Source: Stigmatella ashevillensis (GTDB lineage: Bacteria; Myxococcota; Myxococcia; Myxococcales; Myxococcaceae). Taken from it: a stretch of 32,000 nt of DNA. The stretch lies in contig NZ_JAQNDM010000002.1 in the NCBI RefSeq assembly GCF_028368975.1, positions 3,186,425 through 3,218,424 of the forward strand, read 5' to 3'. Shown piece by piece: positions 1 to 9,875 of the stretch (positions are counted from its first letter, which is position 1; every line of letters begins with the position of its first letter). The notes beneath the pieces were generated by a model. That model did no database searches and was not told the DNA's origin. It saw only the letters and a list, made by a program, of their open reading frames with translations. A program made the position numbers and the translations under genes.

Positions 1-1953
1 CTCGGAGACGGTCTTGATGGTGTCCACCGCCTTGAGCACCTGCTCGCTGCCCTTGGTCTGCTCCTTCTGGGCCCGGTTCAGGTGGGTGACCATCTCGTTG
101 ATGCTCTCGATGGAGCGGGTGATCTGCTTGCTGCCCTGCGTCTGCTCCTGGCTGCTGCGCTGCACGTGCGCGGTGATGACCTTCATCCGCTCGGCGCTCT
201 TGATGATCTGCTCACTGCCCTTGGCCTGCTCGTTGGAGGCCTTGGAGATCATCTGCACCGTCTCCGAGATGCGCTGGATGGCCGTCGTCACCTGACGGCT
301 GCCGCGGGCCTGCTCCACCGTGGCGCGCGCAATCGCCTTCACCATCTGCGTGGCCTTCTGGGCGCTGTCGTTGATCTTCCACAGGGCCCCTTCCGCGTCC
401 CGGCCCAGCAACACGCCCTCCTCCACGTTCTTCACACCCTGGTTCATCACCGAGACGGCGTTGCGGCTCTCCTCCTGAATGCTGCGGATGAGCTCGGCGA
501 TCTCCTTGGTGGACGCGCCCGTGCGCTCGGCCAGGTCCTTGATCTCCTCGGCCACCACGGCGAAGCCCTTGCCGTGCTCGCCCGCCTGCGCGGCGATGAT
601 GGCGGCGTTGAGCGCCAGCAGGTTGGTCTGCTCGGCCACGTCATCGATGACGTTCAGGATGTTGCCGATCTCCAAGATGCGCCGACCCAGGCTTTCGATG
701 ACGCCCGCGGCGGTGCGGCTCGTCTCCTTGATCCGGTCGATGCCACTGAGCGTCTTCTGCAGCGACTCCACGCCCGACTGCGCGTCCTCGGACACCTGCT
801 CGGACAGCCGCGCCGTCTCGTTGGCGTTCGTCTCCACCTGCCCGATGGAGGAGTCCATCCGCTTGATGGAGACGGACGTCTCCTCCGTGGAGGCCGACAG
901 GCCGGAGATGTTGGTGGCCACCTCGCGGATGGAGAACGACATCTCCTCGATGGCGCTCGTGGTCTCCTCCACGCTGGCCGTCATGGACTGCACGTTCTCG
1001 GCCACCTCATCGTTGGTGGCGGCCATCTCCATGATGGAGGAGCTGCTCTGCTCGGCGCTCTGGTAGAGCACCTCCACGTTCTCCGCGATGCCCCGGAGGC
1101 TCGCCAGCATCTCCACCATGGAGGTGGAGGTCTCCTCCACGCGGGACTGGACGGTGGAGGCACCCGAGGACACCGTGGTCCCCGTCCGGGAGATCTGTTC
1201 AATCACCCCCGCCAGGCTCTCCGACACGCCCCGGACCCGGCCCAGCGTCTCCCGCCAGCTCAGCGCAATGCGGTTGAGGGCCTCGGCCAGCTTCCCCAAC
1301 TCGTCCACCGCCCCCACCTCCACGCGCCCCGTCAGGTCTGACTCGGCCAGCCGGCGCGCCATGGACATCATCGCTTCCAAGGGATGGAGGATGAGCACCC
1401 GGGAGATGGGGAAGAAGAAGAGCATGACGAGAAACAGGCCGGAGCCGAAGATGGCCAGCACCGTCCACCGCAGGGAGACGACCTCCGACGTCAATGCGTC
1501 GGGGTTCATCGCCAGCACCACCCAGCCCGCCCCGTTGTCGAGCGGCTCGGCGATGAGCCGTGTGTCCCCGGTCAGCTCGGGATCCGTCCCCAGGCGGTTG
1601 CGGAGCAAGCGCTCGACCGAGGCCTCGACCCCTGGAGGACGCGTGCCGCTGGAGGCCACGGACACCCCGTTGCGGTCCAGCAACGCCGCGAACCGGACGT
1701 CGTCGTCCCCCCGCAGGGAATCGAAGAACCCTTGCAGGTGCTCTCCCTGGCGGACCTCCATCTTCTGGCTGAAGACGGAGCGGGCAAGCTGCTGGGCCTT
1801 GAGGTGCCCATGCTTGGAGAGATCCTTGTCGAGGAAGTCCTCCACCCGCTCCTGAACGACGAAGGCCAGCACCAGGAACAGGACGGCCTGCGCCACGGTG
1901 AAGTACCCGAAAAGAACCCCTCGAAGACCCAATCTCTGGAAGCGGCGTGCCAA
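1..1953 (-). CDS. Methyl-accepting chemotaxis protein (membrane-anchored), 3' end truncated by window edge
   Basis: Not in the ORF track because it runs off the window. Minus-strand translation gives (TTG)ARRFQRLGLRGVLFGYFTVAQAVLFLVLAFVVQERVEDFLDKDLSKHG..., an N-terminal TM segment and sensor region, then the AVDTIKTVSE signalling region with the typical repeated heptad-like MCP composition. Start codon uncertain (TTG at 1953 or further upstream). Confidence 0.85.
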   Translation of the reverse strand, partial: MARRFQRLGLRGVLFGYFTVAQAVLFLVLAFVVQERVEDFLDKDLSKHGHLKAQQLARSVFSQKMEVRQGEHLQGFFDSLRGDDDVRFAALLDRNGVSVASSGTRPPGVEASVERLLRNRLGTDPELTGDTRLIAEPLDNGAGWVVLAMNPDALTSEVVSLRWTVLAIFGSGLFLVMLFFFPISRVLILHPLEAMMSMARRLAESDLTGRVEVGAVDELGKLAEALNRIALSWRETLGRVRGVSESLAGVIEQISRTGTTVSSGASTVQSRVEETSTSMVEMLASLRGIAENVEVLYQSAEQSSSSIMEMAATNDEVAENVQSMTASVEETTSAIEEMSFSIREVATNISGLSASTEETSVSIKRMDSSIGQVETNANETARLSEQVSEDAQSGVESLQKTLSGIDRIKETSRTAAGVIESLGRRILEIGNILNVIDDVAEQTNLLALNAAIIAAQAGEHGKGFAVVAEEIKDLAERTGASTKEIAELIRSIQEESRNAVSVMNQGVKNVEEGVLLGRDAEGALWKINDSAQKATQMVKAIARATVEQARGSRQVTTAIQRISETVQMISKASNEQAKGSEQIIKSAERMKVITAHVQRSSQEQTQGSKQITRSIESINEMVTHLNRAQKEQTKGSEQVLKAVDTIKTVSE

Positions 1954-2102
1954 GGGGCCGCAATCTACGGAGGGAATCCGACAAAGGGCAAGGAACGGAG
2001 AGGGCGTGTTCCCTCGAAGAAGGTAAGATGGGGGGTTACCCAGGGAGCCCATCCCCCGCGGCGAGTAGGTCCCGGGTTGCCGACGCTCCGAGTCTCTCCG
2101 CC

Positions 2103-3131
2103 ATGACGCCACCGACCCTCCTGCTGACGGATCCCCTCTTCCTGCAACACGACCCGGGCCAGGGGCACCCCGAGAGTCCTGCCCGGCTCAAGAGCATCCT
2201 CTCGGTGCTCGCGCGCACCCCGGTGGCGGGCACCCAGGTGCGTTCGCCCCGCTCGGCCACCGCGGCGGAGCTGACCGCCGTCCACACGCCCGAACTGCGC
2301 CAGACGCTGCTCGGAATGGCCGGGCACCGGGCGGTGATCGACGAGGACACCCGGCTCTCCCCGGACAGCTACGACGCGGCCGTCCTGGCCGCGGGGGCCG
2401 CGGTGGGCGCCGTAGAGGAAGTCATGGCGGGCCGGGCCCGCAATGCCTTCGCGCTGGTCCGCCCCCCCGGGCACCATGCCGAGCCCGGGCGGTCCATGGG
2501 GTTCTGCCTCTTCAACAACGTGGCGATCGCCGCTGAAGCGGGGCGGCGGCTGGGCGCCGAGCGCGTGATGGTGCTCGACTGGGACGTGCACCACGGCAAC
2601 GGCACCCAGGCCGCCTTCGAGGGAAGGCGGGACGTGCTCTACCAGTCCGTTCACCAATATCCCTACTACCCGGGCACGGGCGCGCCGCGGGAGGTGGGCC
2701 ACGGCGCGGGCGAGGGTTTCAACGTCAACTGCGGGCTGCCCGGGGGCGCCACGGACTCGGATTACCGGTCCATCTTCGAGGATCTGCTGCTGCCCATCGC
2801 GGATGCGTTCCAGCCCCAGCTCATGCTGGTGTCCGCGGGGTTCGATCCCCACCGGAATGATCCCCTTGGGGGCATGCTGGTCACCGAGCGGGGCTTCGCC
2901 GCGATGTGCGCCGGGCTCCGGTCCCTGGCCGAGCGGGTGTGTGGGGGCAAGCTGGTCCTGGTCCTGGAAGGGGGATACTCCTTGGAAGGGCTCTCCCAGT
3001 CCGTCCATGCCTGCATCGAGGTCCTCGCCGGCCGAAGCGACTCCTTCCCCGGTGGGGAGACGTCCTCGGACGCGGCCCACGCCATCGCCCAGAGCCGCGC
3101 GGCGCTTCGGCCCTACTGGGCCTGCCTCTGA
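2103..3131 (+). CDS. Histone deacetylase family protein (class II HDAC / acetylpolyamine amidohydrolase-like)
   Basis: MTPPTLLLTDPLFLQHDPGQGHPESPARL..., VRPPGHHAEPGRSMGFCLFNNVAIAAE, VLDWDVHHGNGTQAAF, LVSAGFDPHRNDPLGG, LEGGYSLEGL: canonical HDAC active-site motifs. Start trimmed from the longer ORF. Confidence 0.95.
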   Translation: MTPPTLLLTDPLFLQHDPGQGHPESPARLKSILSVLARTPVAGTQVRSPRSATAAELTAVHTPELRQTLLGMAGHRAVIDEDTRLSPDSYDAAVLAAGAAVGAVEEVMAGRARNAFALVRPPGHHAEPGRSMGFCLFNNVAIAAEAGRRLGAERVMVLDWDVHHGNGTQAAFEGRRDVLYQSVHQYPYYPGTGAPREVGHGAGEGFNVNCGLPGGATDSDYRSIFEDLLLPIADAFQPQLMLVSAGFDPHRNDPLGGMLVTERGFAAMCAGLRSLAERVCGGKLVLVLEGGYSLEGLSQSVHACIEVLAGRSDSFPGGETSSDAAHAIAQSRAALRPYWACL

Positions 3132-3141
3132 GCACCGCGGA

Positions 3142-3549
3142 TCACCACGAGGCGACACTGGCCGATTCCGAGGGCCCCTCCGGCGAGGCGAACCGCTCGA
3201 CCGTGTTCAGCAGGTCGTCGAGATCCACGGGCTTTCGCAGGTAACCCGCCACGCCCAGCCGAGCCACATCCCGAGAGCTGACACCCTGGCCGGAGACGAC
3301 CACCACGGGAATGGAGGCGATCTCCGCATCGGAGCGCTGCTCGGCCCGGAAGGCCCATCCACTGACGTCGGGCATCATCAGATCCAGCAGGATGAGCTCC
3401 GGGCGAAGTCCCCCCTTCAGCTGATCCAGCGCCTCGCGCCCATCGTGTGCGACGGCCACCTGGTACCCTTCCGTCTCCAGCGCATCCTGGAGCGCGAGCA
3501 AGATGTCATGGTCGTCGTCAACGACAAGCAAGCCGCTCGAATGCTCCAT
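3142..3549 (-). CDS. Response regulator receiver-domain protein
   Basis: MEHSSGLLVVDDDHDILLALQDALETEGYQVAVAHDGREALDQL...PELILLDLMMPDVSGWAF...PVVVVSGQ...GYLRKPVDLDDLLNTV: full REC domain with DDD, phosphoacceptor D and K. Confidence 0.95.
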   Translation of the reverse strand: MEHSSGLLVVDDDHDILLALQDALETEGYQVAVAHDGREALDQLKGGLRPELILLDLMMPDVSGWAFRAEQRSDAEIASIPVVVVSGQGVSSRDVARLGVAGYLRKPVDLDDLLNTVERFASPEGPSESASVASW

Positions 3550-3774
3550 TGGTCACTCCTCCTCCCCTCTGACGGTGAGGACGGCCTCAAGCAGGCGCCA
3601 CCCCAAAGCGTGCGCTGGATGCCCAGCAAGGGAGCAGGCAACGCTCGGAGATCCCTCTCGGAGGGTCTGACACTCCGTGTCACCGTCCATGCAGCCGAGG
3701 GCGGCGAAGCACACCCGGCGGCTCGTACTTACCTAGAAAGGGATGCCTCTTTCCCTTCAGGACAGCTGACACCC

Positions 3775-5646
3775 ATGTCGCCCACTCCCAACATTCCTCT
3801 CTTCGAAGAGGAGCCCCAGCAATGGACGGCCCAGGATGCCGGGGACCCGGGTGAGCATGCCGGGCAAGCCCTGCGACTCTTGGCCAGGGCAGGCCGCCTG
3901 CTCTCCGTCCAGCGAGGCAGCCTGAAGCCCATCTTGCGGCGGGTTGCCCGCTTGACGACCTCCGGACTGGCCAGCTTCTGCATGGTGGAGCTGGTCCGTC
4001 CCAACGGCCAATTCGAGCGGGTGGCCCTGGCCCATCATGATCCCCAGGCCGAATCCCAGCTTCGGGCCCTTCATCCTCATTCTCCCCAGGACAGCTCGTG
4101 CAGCCCCTGGGTGGATGCCCTTCACAGTGGGACGTCGCAACTGCTGGTGGACTATCCAGTGGAGATCCGCCGACGGCTGACCACGCTGCCCGAGCACCTC
4201 TCCCAGCTCGAAGGGCTGGATCCCCGGTCCCTGATGGTGGTGCCCCTGGTGGGGCATCGGCGGGTGCTGGGCTTGATGCTGCTGGCCCGCGATGGCTCCC
4301 TGCCTCCTTTTGATGCCACGGATCTCATCGTCGCCGAGGAGCTGGCGCGCAGCATGGCCGTCGCGCTCGATGACTCCCGCCTCCTGCGGGAAGCCCGGCG
4401 TGCCGAGCGACGTGCCCGGTTCCTGGCCCGCTCCAGCCGTGTGCTCGCGGGCTCCCTCAACTATCGCGCCACGCTGGATCAGGTCGCCCGGCTCGCGGTG
4501 CCCACCGTGGCGGACCTGTGCGCGGTGGACATGCTCGAAGAGGACGGGAGCATCAGCCGACTGGCCGTGGCGCACCGGGTTCCCGAAAAGGCCGCGCTGG
4601 TCTGGGAGCTGGCACAGCGCTGGCCCTCGCACCTCCAGGATCTCTACGGCTCGGGACATGTCATTCAGACGGGCGAGCCCGAGCTGCGCGGAGAGGTCCA
4701 GGAGACAGGCCTGCCGCGCGCGGCACGGGACCCGGAACACCTGCGCGCCCTGCGTGCCCTGGGGCTGGAGTCCTACCTCGTAGCCCCCCTCCGGGCCCGA
4801 GGCCGGACGCTGGGGGTCATCACCTTCGCCTATACAGGCTCTCACCGCTCCTATCGCCAATCGGATCTGCGGCTGGCGATGGAGCTGGCGGCCCGGGCGG
4901 CCCTGGCCGTGGACAACGCGCTCTTGTACGGCGCCTCTCAAGAAGCCGTGAGACTTCGGGATGAGTTCCTCGCCGTCGCCTCGCACGAGCTGAAAACCCC
5001 GCTCACGCCCCTCAACCTGCGGCTACAGAGCCTGCGGCGCGAGCTGGACCGGAGGGGCTCTCCCGTGGATCCCGCCCGTGTGAAGGAGCACGTCGCCGCG
5101 CTCCAGCGTCAATGCAAGCGGCTGGGCACGCTGGTGGACAGTCTTCTGGATGTCTCGCGCCTGGAAGCCGGCGTGTTGGAACTCGACCTGGAGTTTCTGG
5201 ATCTGGCGGCGCTGGTCCGTGAAGTCATCAGCCGCTTCGCGCCCCAGGCGGCACGCACGGGCACCTTGCTGAACATCCAGGCCGGAGAGCCCATCGTGGG
5301 GCACTGGGACCGGGTGCGGCTGGAGCAGGTGGTGAGCAGCCTGCTCAGCAACGCCCTCAAGTACGGAGTGGGCCACCCCGTTCACATCCGGGCCGGGCGA
5401 GGCCCCCAGGGCGCGCGCCTCACGGTACGGGATGAAGGCATCGGCATCTCCCCCGAGCACCTGCCCCGCATCTTCGAGCGCTTTGAACGGGCGGTCTCCG
5501 CGGAGCATTTCGGGGGCCTGGGCCTGGGGCTCTACCTCACACGCCACCTGGTCGAGGCTTTCGGAGGAACCATCCTCGCCACCAGCGAGCCCGGCCATGG
5601 GTCCACTTTCCAAGTAGACCTTCCCCTGGCCTCCCCCGCTTCTTGA
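3775..5646 (+). CDS. GAF-domain sensor histidine kinase (HisKA + HATPase_c)
   Basis: MSPTPNIPLFEEEPQQW...; two GAF-like regions; H-box FLAVASHELKTPLTPLNLRL; N-box SNALKYG; G-boxes VRDEGIGISPEHLPRIFERFERA, GLGLGLYLTRHLVEAFGG. Start trimmed from the 947-aa ORF. Confidence 0.93.
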   Translation: MSPTPNIPLFEEEPQQWTAQDAGDPGEHAGQALRLLARAGRLLSVQRGSLKPILRRVARLTTSGLASFCMVELVRPNGQFERVALAHHDPQAESQLRALHPHSPQDSSCSPWVDALHSGTSQLLVDYPVEIRRRLTTLPEHLSQLEGLDPRSLMVVPLVGHRRVLGLMLLARDGSLPPFDATDLIVAEELARSMAVALDDSRLLREARRAERRARFLARSSRVLAGSLNYRATLDQVARLAVPTVADLCAVDMLEEDGSISRLAVAHRVPEKAALVWELAQRWPSHLQDLYGSGHVIQTGEPELRGEVQETGLPRAARDPEHLRALRALGLESYLVAPLRARGRTLGVITFAYTGSHRSYRQSDLRLAMELAARAALAVDNALLYGASQEAVRLRDEFLAVASHELKTPLTPLNLRLQSLRRELDRRGSPVDPARVKEHVAALQRQCKRLGTLVDSLLDVSRLEAGVLELDLEFLDLAALVREVISRFAPQAARTGTLLNIQAGEPIVGHWDRVRLEQVVSSLLSNALKYGVGHPVHIRAGRGPQGARLTVRDEGIGISPEHLPRIFERFERAVSAEHFGGLGLGLYLTRHLVEAFGGTILATSEPGHGSTFQVDLPLASPAS

Positions 5647-5702
5647 CGTGCGGAGCCCGCTGACCCAGCGTGCAGGACAGACTCGGTGCCCAGGGGAAAC
5701 AG

Positions 5703-6464
5703 ATGGCGGAGATGCACTATAGAACGGCGTTGGTCACAGGGGCCTCGAGTGGGCTAGGACGCGGCCTGGCCCTGTGGCTCGCTCGGCGCGGCACGCGCGT
5801 GTTCGCCGCGGCCCGGCGGCAGGAACCCCTCCAGGCCCTGGCCCAGGAGGCCCAGGCAGCGGGCGCCACGCTGGAGCCCCTGGACATGGACGTGGCCCGG
5901 GCGGAGGAGACCGTCGCCCGCATCCGCCAGCTCGACGCGGACTGTGGGGGGCTGGACCTGGTGATTGCTAACGCCGGCGTGGGCGGAGAGACCTCCGGCA
6001 AGCGCTTCCCCTGGGAGCGCACGAAACAGATGATCGACATCAACGTCACCGGCGCGGCGGCCACCCTGAGCGCCGTGCTTCCCCAGATGGTGGAGCGCGG
6101 CCGAGGGCACCTGGTGGGCGTGTCCAGCCTGGCGGCGTTCCGGGGCATGCCCACCCATGCCGCCTATTCCGCCTCGAAGATCTTCCTCTCCACTTTCCTG
6201 GAGAGCCTGCGCGTGGACCTGCGCAACACGGGCGTGCGCGTCACCTGTATCTACCCCGGCTTCGTCAAGAGCGAGATGACAGCGAACAACCGCTTCCCCA
6301 TGCCCTTCCTGCTGGAAACAGAGGATGCGGTGGAGCGCATGGGCCGCGCCATCGTGCGCGGAGCGCCCGTGTTCGCCTTCCCCTGGCCGACCGCGCGGTT
6401 CGCGCAGTTGGTCCACTCGCTGCCCGACGCCCTCTTCGATTCCCTGGCGGGCCGACTCCTCTGA
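5703..6464 (+). CDS. Short-chain dehydrogenase/reductase family protein
   Basis: TALVTGASSGLGRGLALWLARRG (TGxxxGxG), LVIANAGVGG, YSASKIFLSTFLESLR (YxxxK). Start could be 5670 or 5712. Confidence 0.92.
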   Translation: MAEMHYRTALVTGASSGLGRGLALWLARRGTRVFAAARRQEPLQALAQEAQAAGATLEPLDMDVARAEETVARIRQLDADCGGLDLVIANAGVGGETSGKRFPWERTKQMIDINVTGAAATLSAVLPQMVERGRGHLVGVSSLAAFRGMPTHAAYSASKIFLSTFLESLRVDLRNTGVRVTCIYPGFVKSEMTANNRFPMPFLLETEDAVERMGRAIVRGAPVFAFPWPTARFAQLVHSLPDALFDSLAGRLL

Positions 6465-6494
6465 GACAGGGTTCGCGAAGCACTCTGGGTCTTG

Positions 6495-7022
6495 CTACCG
6501 GACAAACACGGGCGCGAACAGGCTGACGGAGTACGGCACCGCTGCCGCGCCCCCCGCTCGAACCCGGACGAAGAACCCGTTTTGGGACTCGGCCCGAAGC
6601 AGGCGTATCTCGCCCGGTTGGCGTTGGACGATGTCTCCAGGTGCGCTCAACGGGATCGGTTGGCCACTGGCATCCACGAGCTCCACCTCCAGTGGACCCC
6701 GCGAGGCCTCCCAGCGCACGGTCGCACCCGCCGGGTGACAGCAGTCCACCCAGGCCTGAATCCAGTCCGCATCGCCAGGGCACGCCACCCTTCCCTCCTG
6801 CACCAAGGGCCCGTGGTTGTAGATGTGGGAGAGAGGAGGGGTCGCCAACCCTTGCTCCAGCGTGTCGTCGTCCTCCCACGCATCATCCGCACACGGGGAC
6901 TCGTTCTCAGTCTGAGCTTGGCTTCCACTCGGGGGGCCGCCTTCTCCCCCATGGGCACGGCACGCTCCCACCCCACTCAGTGTCACCAGCATCAGCGCGA
7001 GGCATGGAAATCTCATGGCCAT
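6495..7022 (-). CDS. Hypothetical secreted lipoprotein
   Basis: MAMRFPCLALMLVTLSGVGAC lipobox-like N-terminus; beta-rich C-terminus (pre-peptidase-like). Lies 6 nt downstream of the Ser/Thr kinase gene. Confidence 0.75.
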   Translation of the reverse strand: MAMRFPCLALMLVTLSGVGACRAHGGEGGPPSGSQAQTENESPCADDAWEDDDTLEQGLATPPLSHIYNHGPLVQEGRVACPGDADWIQAWVDCCHPAGATVRWEASRGPLEVELVDASGQPIPLSAPGDIVQRQPGEIRLLRAESQNGFFVRVRAGGAAAVPYSVSLFAPVFVR

Positions 7023-7028
7023 GAAGGT

Positions 7029-8435
7029 TCAGGGATACTCGGAGGTTCCTAAAGGGACCGGTGCGAGCACCGGGTAATAGCAAGCGCCCCGCCACTCGTA
7101 GTTTCCTTCTGCACAGGGAGGTGTGGCTTCCCGGGGTACCCCCCAGCAGCCCCCATTGAGTTCTATTTCACGCTTCCTGCATGGAGGCCTTAACTGTCCC
7201 GGTAGATGCTTTTTTGGAACGTCGAGACCGATGCGCTCCGAACCAGATTCCGGGGCTTGCACGGACTCACCCGAAGGGAGCGCATCCTTCGCGAGCCCGG
7301 CGGTCCCCGCGTCTGCCTCGGCCGCGTCTCGGCCGAGGGAATGGACGCCTTCCGCACGCCAGGGCCTCGGCTGCTGCCATAGGTTCCAGGCTCCCTGAAG
7401 CACCAGAGAGGCGGCGAGCCCAGCCACAGCCCCCAACCACGCTCCTCTGAGATGGGAAGGGGGAGAAGGGTTGGGCCGACGAGCCCGTAGAGCAACCGCT
7501 GGCCTCAGACGATGGGTGATGGGCTGATCCGCCTCCGGGCCCGCGGACTCCGCCGCCTGTTCGAGCGCACGGGCCACCTGCGCCGCGCTGCCTCGGGCTG
7601 AGGGCTTCTTCGCGAGCATCTGGCGGATGAGCCTTGCCAGTTCCGGACAGAGCGTCACCCATTCCTCGGGCGGAACCTGGACGGGAACGGAGACGGAAGC
7701 CTCTCCTCGAGAGGCCTTCAGCGTCACCTGGGCGGGGGGATAGACGCCCGCGACGAGGCGATAGGCTGTCACGCCCAGCGCGTAGACGTCGTCCGCCGGT
7801 CCAGGCGCATAGTGCGTGCTCCGCTCACGCCAGAATCGCCACTGGAACTGCACGGCCTCGGGACTGCGGTACGGAGAGGTTCCTGGAGGCAGCACCTCGT
7901 CCGTGAGCGGCGGCGCGCCGCGAAAACTGCCCGCACCGAAGTCGATCAGCACGGCGTGGGCATCCGCGGAACGGACGAGGAGATTGCCCCCCTTCACGTC
8001 CCGGTGCACGCCCTCCGCCTCGTGGGTCGCGGCCAGGGCGCGCGCGGCCTGGGCCAGCACTCGCAGCACAAGCCTGGACGTGAGGACACGTCCCTGGCCC
8101 CAGGCGTACAACGGGATGCCTTCCACCCAATCCATGACAATGAAGGGAATGGGGCCGGCCCGATGGGCCCATTGCCCGCGGTCTCGCAGGCCCGGCACGT
8201 TCGGCTGAGACAGGCGCGAGAGCAGCTCCGCCTCCCGCTCGAAGCGCGGATCCCTGGGATGGCGGGCCAGCTTCAACGCGAAGGGTCCGCTTCCCTCCTC
8301 ACCCCGCCGCTCGGCGCGGTAGACCACCCCATAGGTGCCGTACCCCTTCAGCTCCCCAATTCTCCAGGAGCCGATCTCCGTGCCCGGAGGAAGACAGGAC
8401 AGTTCCCGAGCCTGAGCGCTCCCATGCGTCGCCAC
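7029..8435 (-). CDS. Serine/threonine protein kinase, membrane-anchored
   Basis: KGYGTYGVVYRAERR, FALKLAR, EGVHRDVKGGNLLV, VLIDFGAG, GTSPYRSPEA kinase motifs; TM stretch LGAVAGLAASLVLQGAW after the kinase domain. Confidence 0.93.
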   Translation of the reverse strand: MATHGSAQARELSCLPPGTEIGSWRIGELKGYGTYGVVYRAERRGEEGSGPFALKLARHPRDPRFEREAELLSRLSQPNVPGLRDRGQWAHRAGPIPFIVMDWVEGIPLYAWGQGRVLTSRLVLRVLAQAARALAATHEAEGVHRDVKGGNLLVRSADAHAVLIDFGAGSFRGAPPLTDEVLPPGTSPYRSPEAVQFQWRFWRERSTHYAPGPADDVYALGVTAYRLVAGVYPPAQVTLKASRGEASVSVPVQVPPEEWVTLCPELARLIRQMLAKKPSARGSAAQVARALEQAAESAGPEADQPITHRLRPAVALRARRPNPSPPSHLRGAWLGAVAGLAASLVLQGAWNLWQQPRPWRAEGVHSLGRDAAEADAGTAGLAKDALPSGESVQAPESGSERIGLDVPKKHLPGQLRPPCRKREIELNGGCWGVPREATPPCAEGNYEWRGACYYPVLAPVPLGTSEYP

Positions 8436-8536
8436 GTGAGGACTCTACCTCTGTCTGGCTGGCTGCCCTGCAAGGGGCCTTCAGAAAAAAGGTAAGGCCT
8501 GCTTGTGGAGGGGGCACAAGCGGTTATCTCGAAGAC

Positions 8537-8737
8537 ATGACTGGATTCCAGCCCCGATCCGAGGTGAGCGAGTACACGATTCCGGAAGGATGCCCGGGGT
8601 GCGGTGCCGACCTGCCCGTGCGTGTGTCCGAGAAGGGCGCCATGAGCGTGTGCACCCACTGCCACTGGATGGGACGGCCCGTATTGACCGTCACCCACCG
8701 GGGCCTGAGCGTGGAAGTGAAGGCCCTCCAGGCCTGA
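8537..8737 (+). CDS. Small zinc-ribbon-like hypothetical protein
   Basis: 66 aa; CPGCGADL...CTHCHWMG paired CxxC motifs; isolated ATG ORF divergent from the kinase gene. Confidence 0.6.
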   Translation: MTGFQPRSEVSEYTIPEGCPGCGADLPVRVSEKGAMSVCTHCHWMGRPVLTVTHRGLSVEVKALQA

Positions 8738-8763
8738 TAAGCGCCCAGCCCGCCGATGGCCGC

Positions 8764-9225
8764 TTAGTCCACCGGGCCGAAATGGATTCGCGCAGAGGTG
8801 TGCCCATCCGCCGGGTCCAAGGCGAAACGGAGCCGCTCCAAGAAACCGGTGAAGCCCAGAATGTTCGGGCCCGGCCACGTCTTCAAGGCAAGGCACGTGG
8901 CGTCGACCGTGATGTCCTTTCCCTGGTCCGCGAGAAGCCGGATGGGAAGGCGATGGAGCGTGCCTGGAAACCGCCCGATCCGGGTCGACATGGTGATGGC
9001 TTCCAGCCCCTCGCCAAGTTCATCCCCCAGCAGTTCGATGTGCTCTGGGCCAATCAGGGTCCAGCGCGCCCCTGTATCCAGCATCGCGAGTTCGTCCGAT
9101 TGAGAGCCGAACCGGCAGCGCACGGCCACGCAAAGGGTCCCCGTCGGACGCGGCTGATCGAGAAAGACCTCGGCACTGCCGCTGCTCCAGGGACGGCTCC
9201 CCGAAGTATCTACCCAATGGAGCAC
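8764..9225 (-). CDS. Retropepsin-like aspartic protease domain protein
   Basis: LAMLDTGARWTLIGPEH (DTGA) and PNILGFTGFLERLRFALD (hydrophobic-hydrophobic-G second-half motif) typical of clan AA bacterial retropepsin-like proteins; GTG start with AGGAGG upstream. Confidence 0.7.
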   Translation of the reverse strand: MLHWVDTSGSRPWSSGSAEVFLDQPRPTGTLCVAVRCRFGSQSDELAMLDTGARWTLIGPEHIELLGDELGEGLEAITMSTRIGRFPGTLHRLPIRLLADQGKDITVDATCLALKTWPGPNILGFTGFLERLRFALDPADGHTSARIHFGPVD

Positions 9226-9239
9226 CCCACCCCTCCTGC

Positions 9240-9875
9240 TCAGAGACGAACGAAGGTGATGCCCTCCAAGGCGTTGGCTTGCGCCAACCGCCGTTGCAGG
9301 ACCACTCGGCTCGGATCCTCATCTACCAGGGAGCCCTCCCGGAGTGCCACCCACTTGCCGACATGGTCTTCCGAGTTCTGGCGGAGCCATTCCGCATTGC
9401 GCGCAAACGGAGAGGCAGTGGCTTCATTCTCTGAATGGACAACCGGTGGCGCGAGCACTTGGGACCACCGCTCCAACGAGGGTGCAGGAGAGGCCTGAGC
9501 CAGAAGTCCCACGAGCTGTCGGGCCTCTGTGATGCGGCCGACCTCCACCAGTGAAGCCACAGGCCCCGCTACACCGCGCTCTTTGAGTGAAGCCAACTCG
9601 GCCTTGATGGCGGCATTCTCCTTTTCCAGCGCCGCGACACGGCCTTCCAGCTTCGTCCGAGGAGCCCCTGAGCGCGCATTTCGCCGCTCCTGCTGATCTC
9701 TGGAACGGCGCAATTTGAGCGCCATGTCCGCCGCGACCTGGGTTTCGGAACGGTTCATGGGCGGTGGAAAAGGGCTCTCTGGCACAAGGGTCTGAGCAAG
9801 CACCTTCTCCCAACTGACGGTCACCGCTTCGGTTTCGACCGGCGGGGCTTCAGGAAGATCCTCAGGCCGTCCCAT
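9240..9875 (-). CDS. Hypothetical protein with coiled-coil and short C-terminal DUF5678-like module
   Basis: Coiled coil LEGRVAALEKENAAIKAELASLKER; C-term FARNAEWLRQNSEDHVGKWVALREGSLVDEDPSRVVLQRRLAQANALEGITFVRL. Alternative GTG start at 9824 would give a 4-nt GTGA overlap with the upstream gene stop. Confidence 0.65.
   Translation of the reverse strand: MGRPEDLPEAPPVETEAVTVSWEKVLAQTLVPESPFPPPMNRSETQVAADMALKLRRSRDQQERRNARSGAPRTKLEGRVAALEKENAAIKAELASLKERGVAGPVASLVEVGRITEARQLVGLLAQASPAPSLERWSQVLAPPVVHSENEATASPFARNAEWLRQNSEDHVGKWVALREGSLVDEDPSRVVLQRRLAQANALEGITFVRL

Noticed and set aside
82-1341. 419-aa plus-strand ORF at the left edge
   Set aside because: His/Leu/Arg-rich shadow of the minus-strand chemotaxis transducer.
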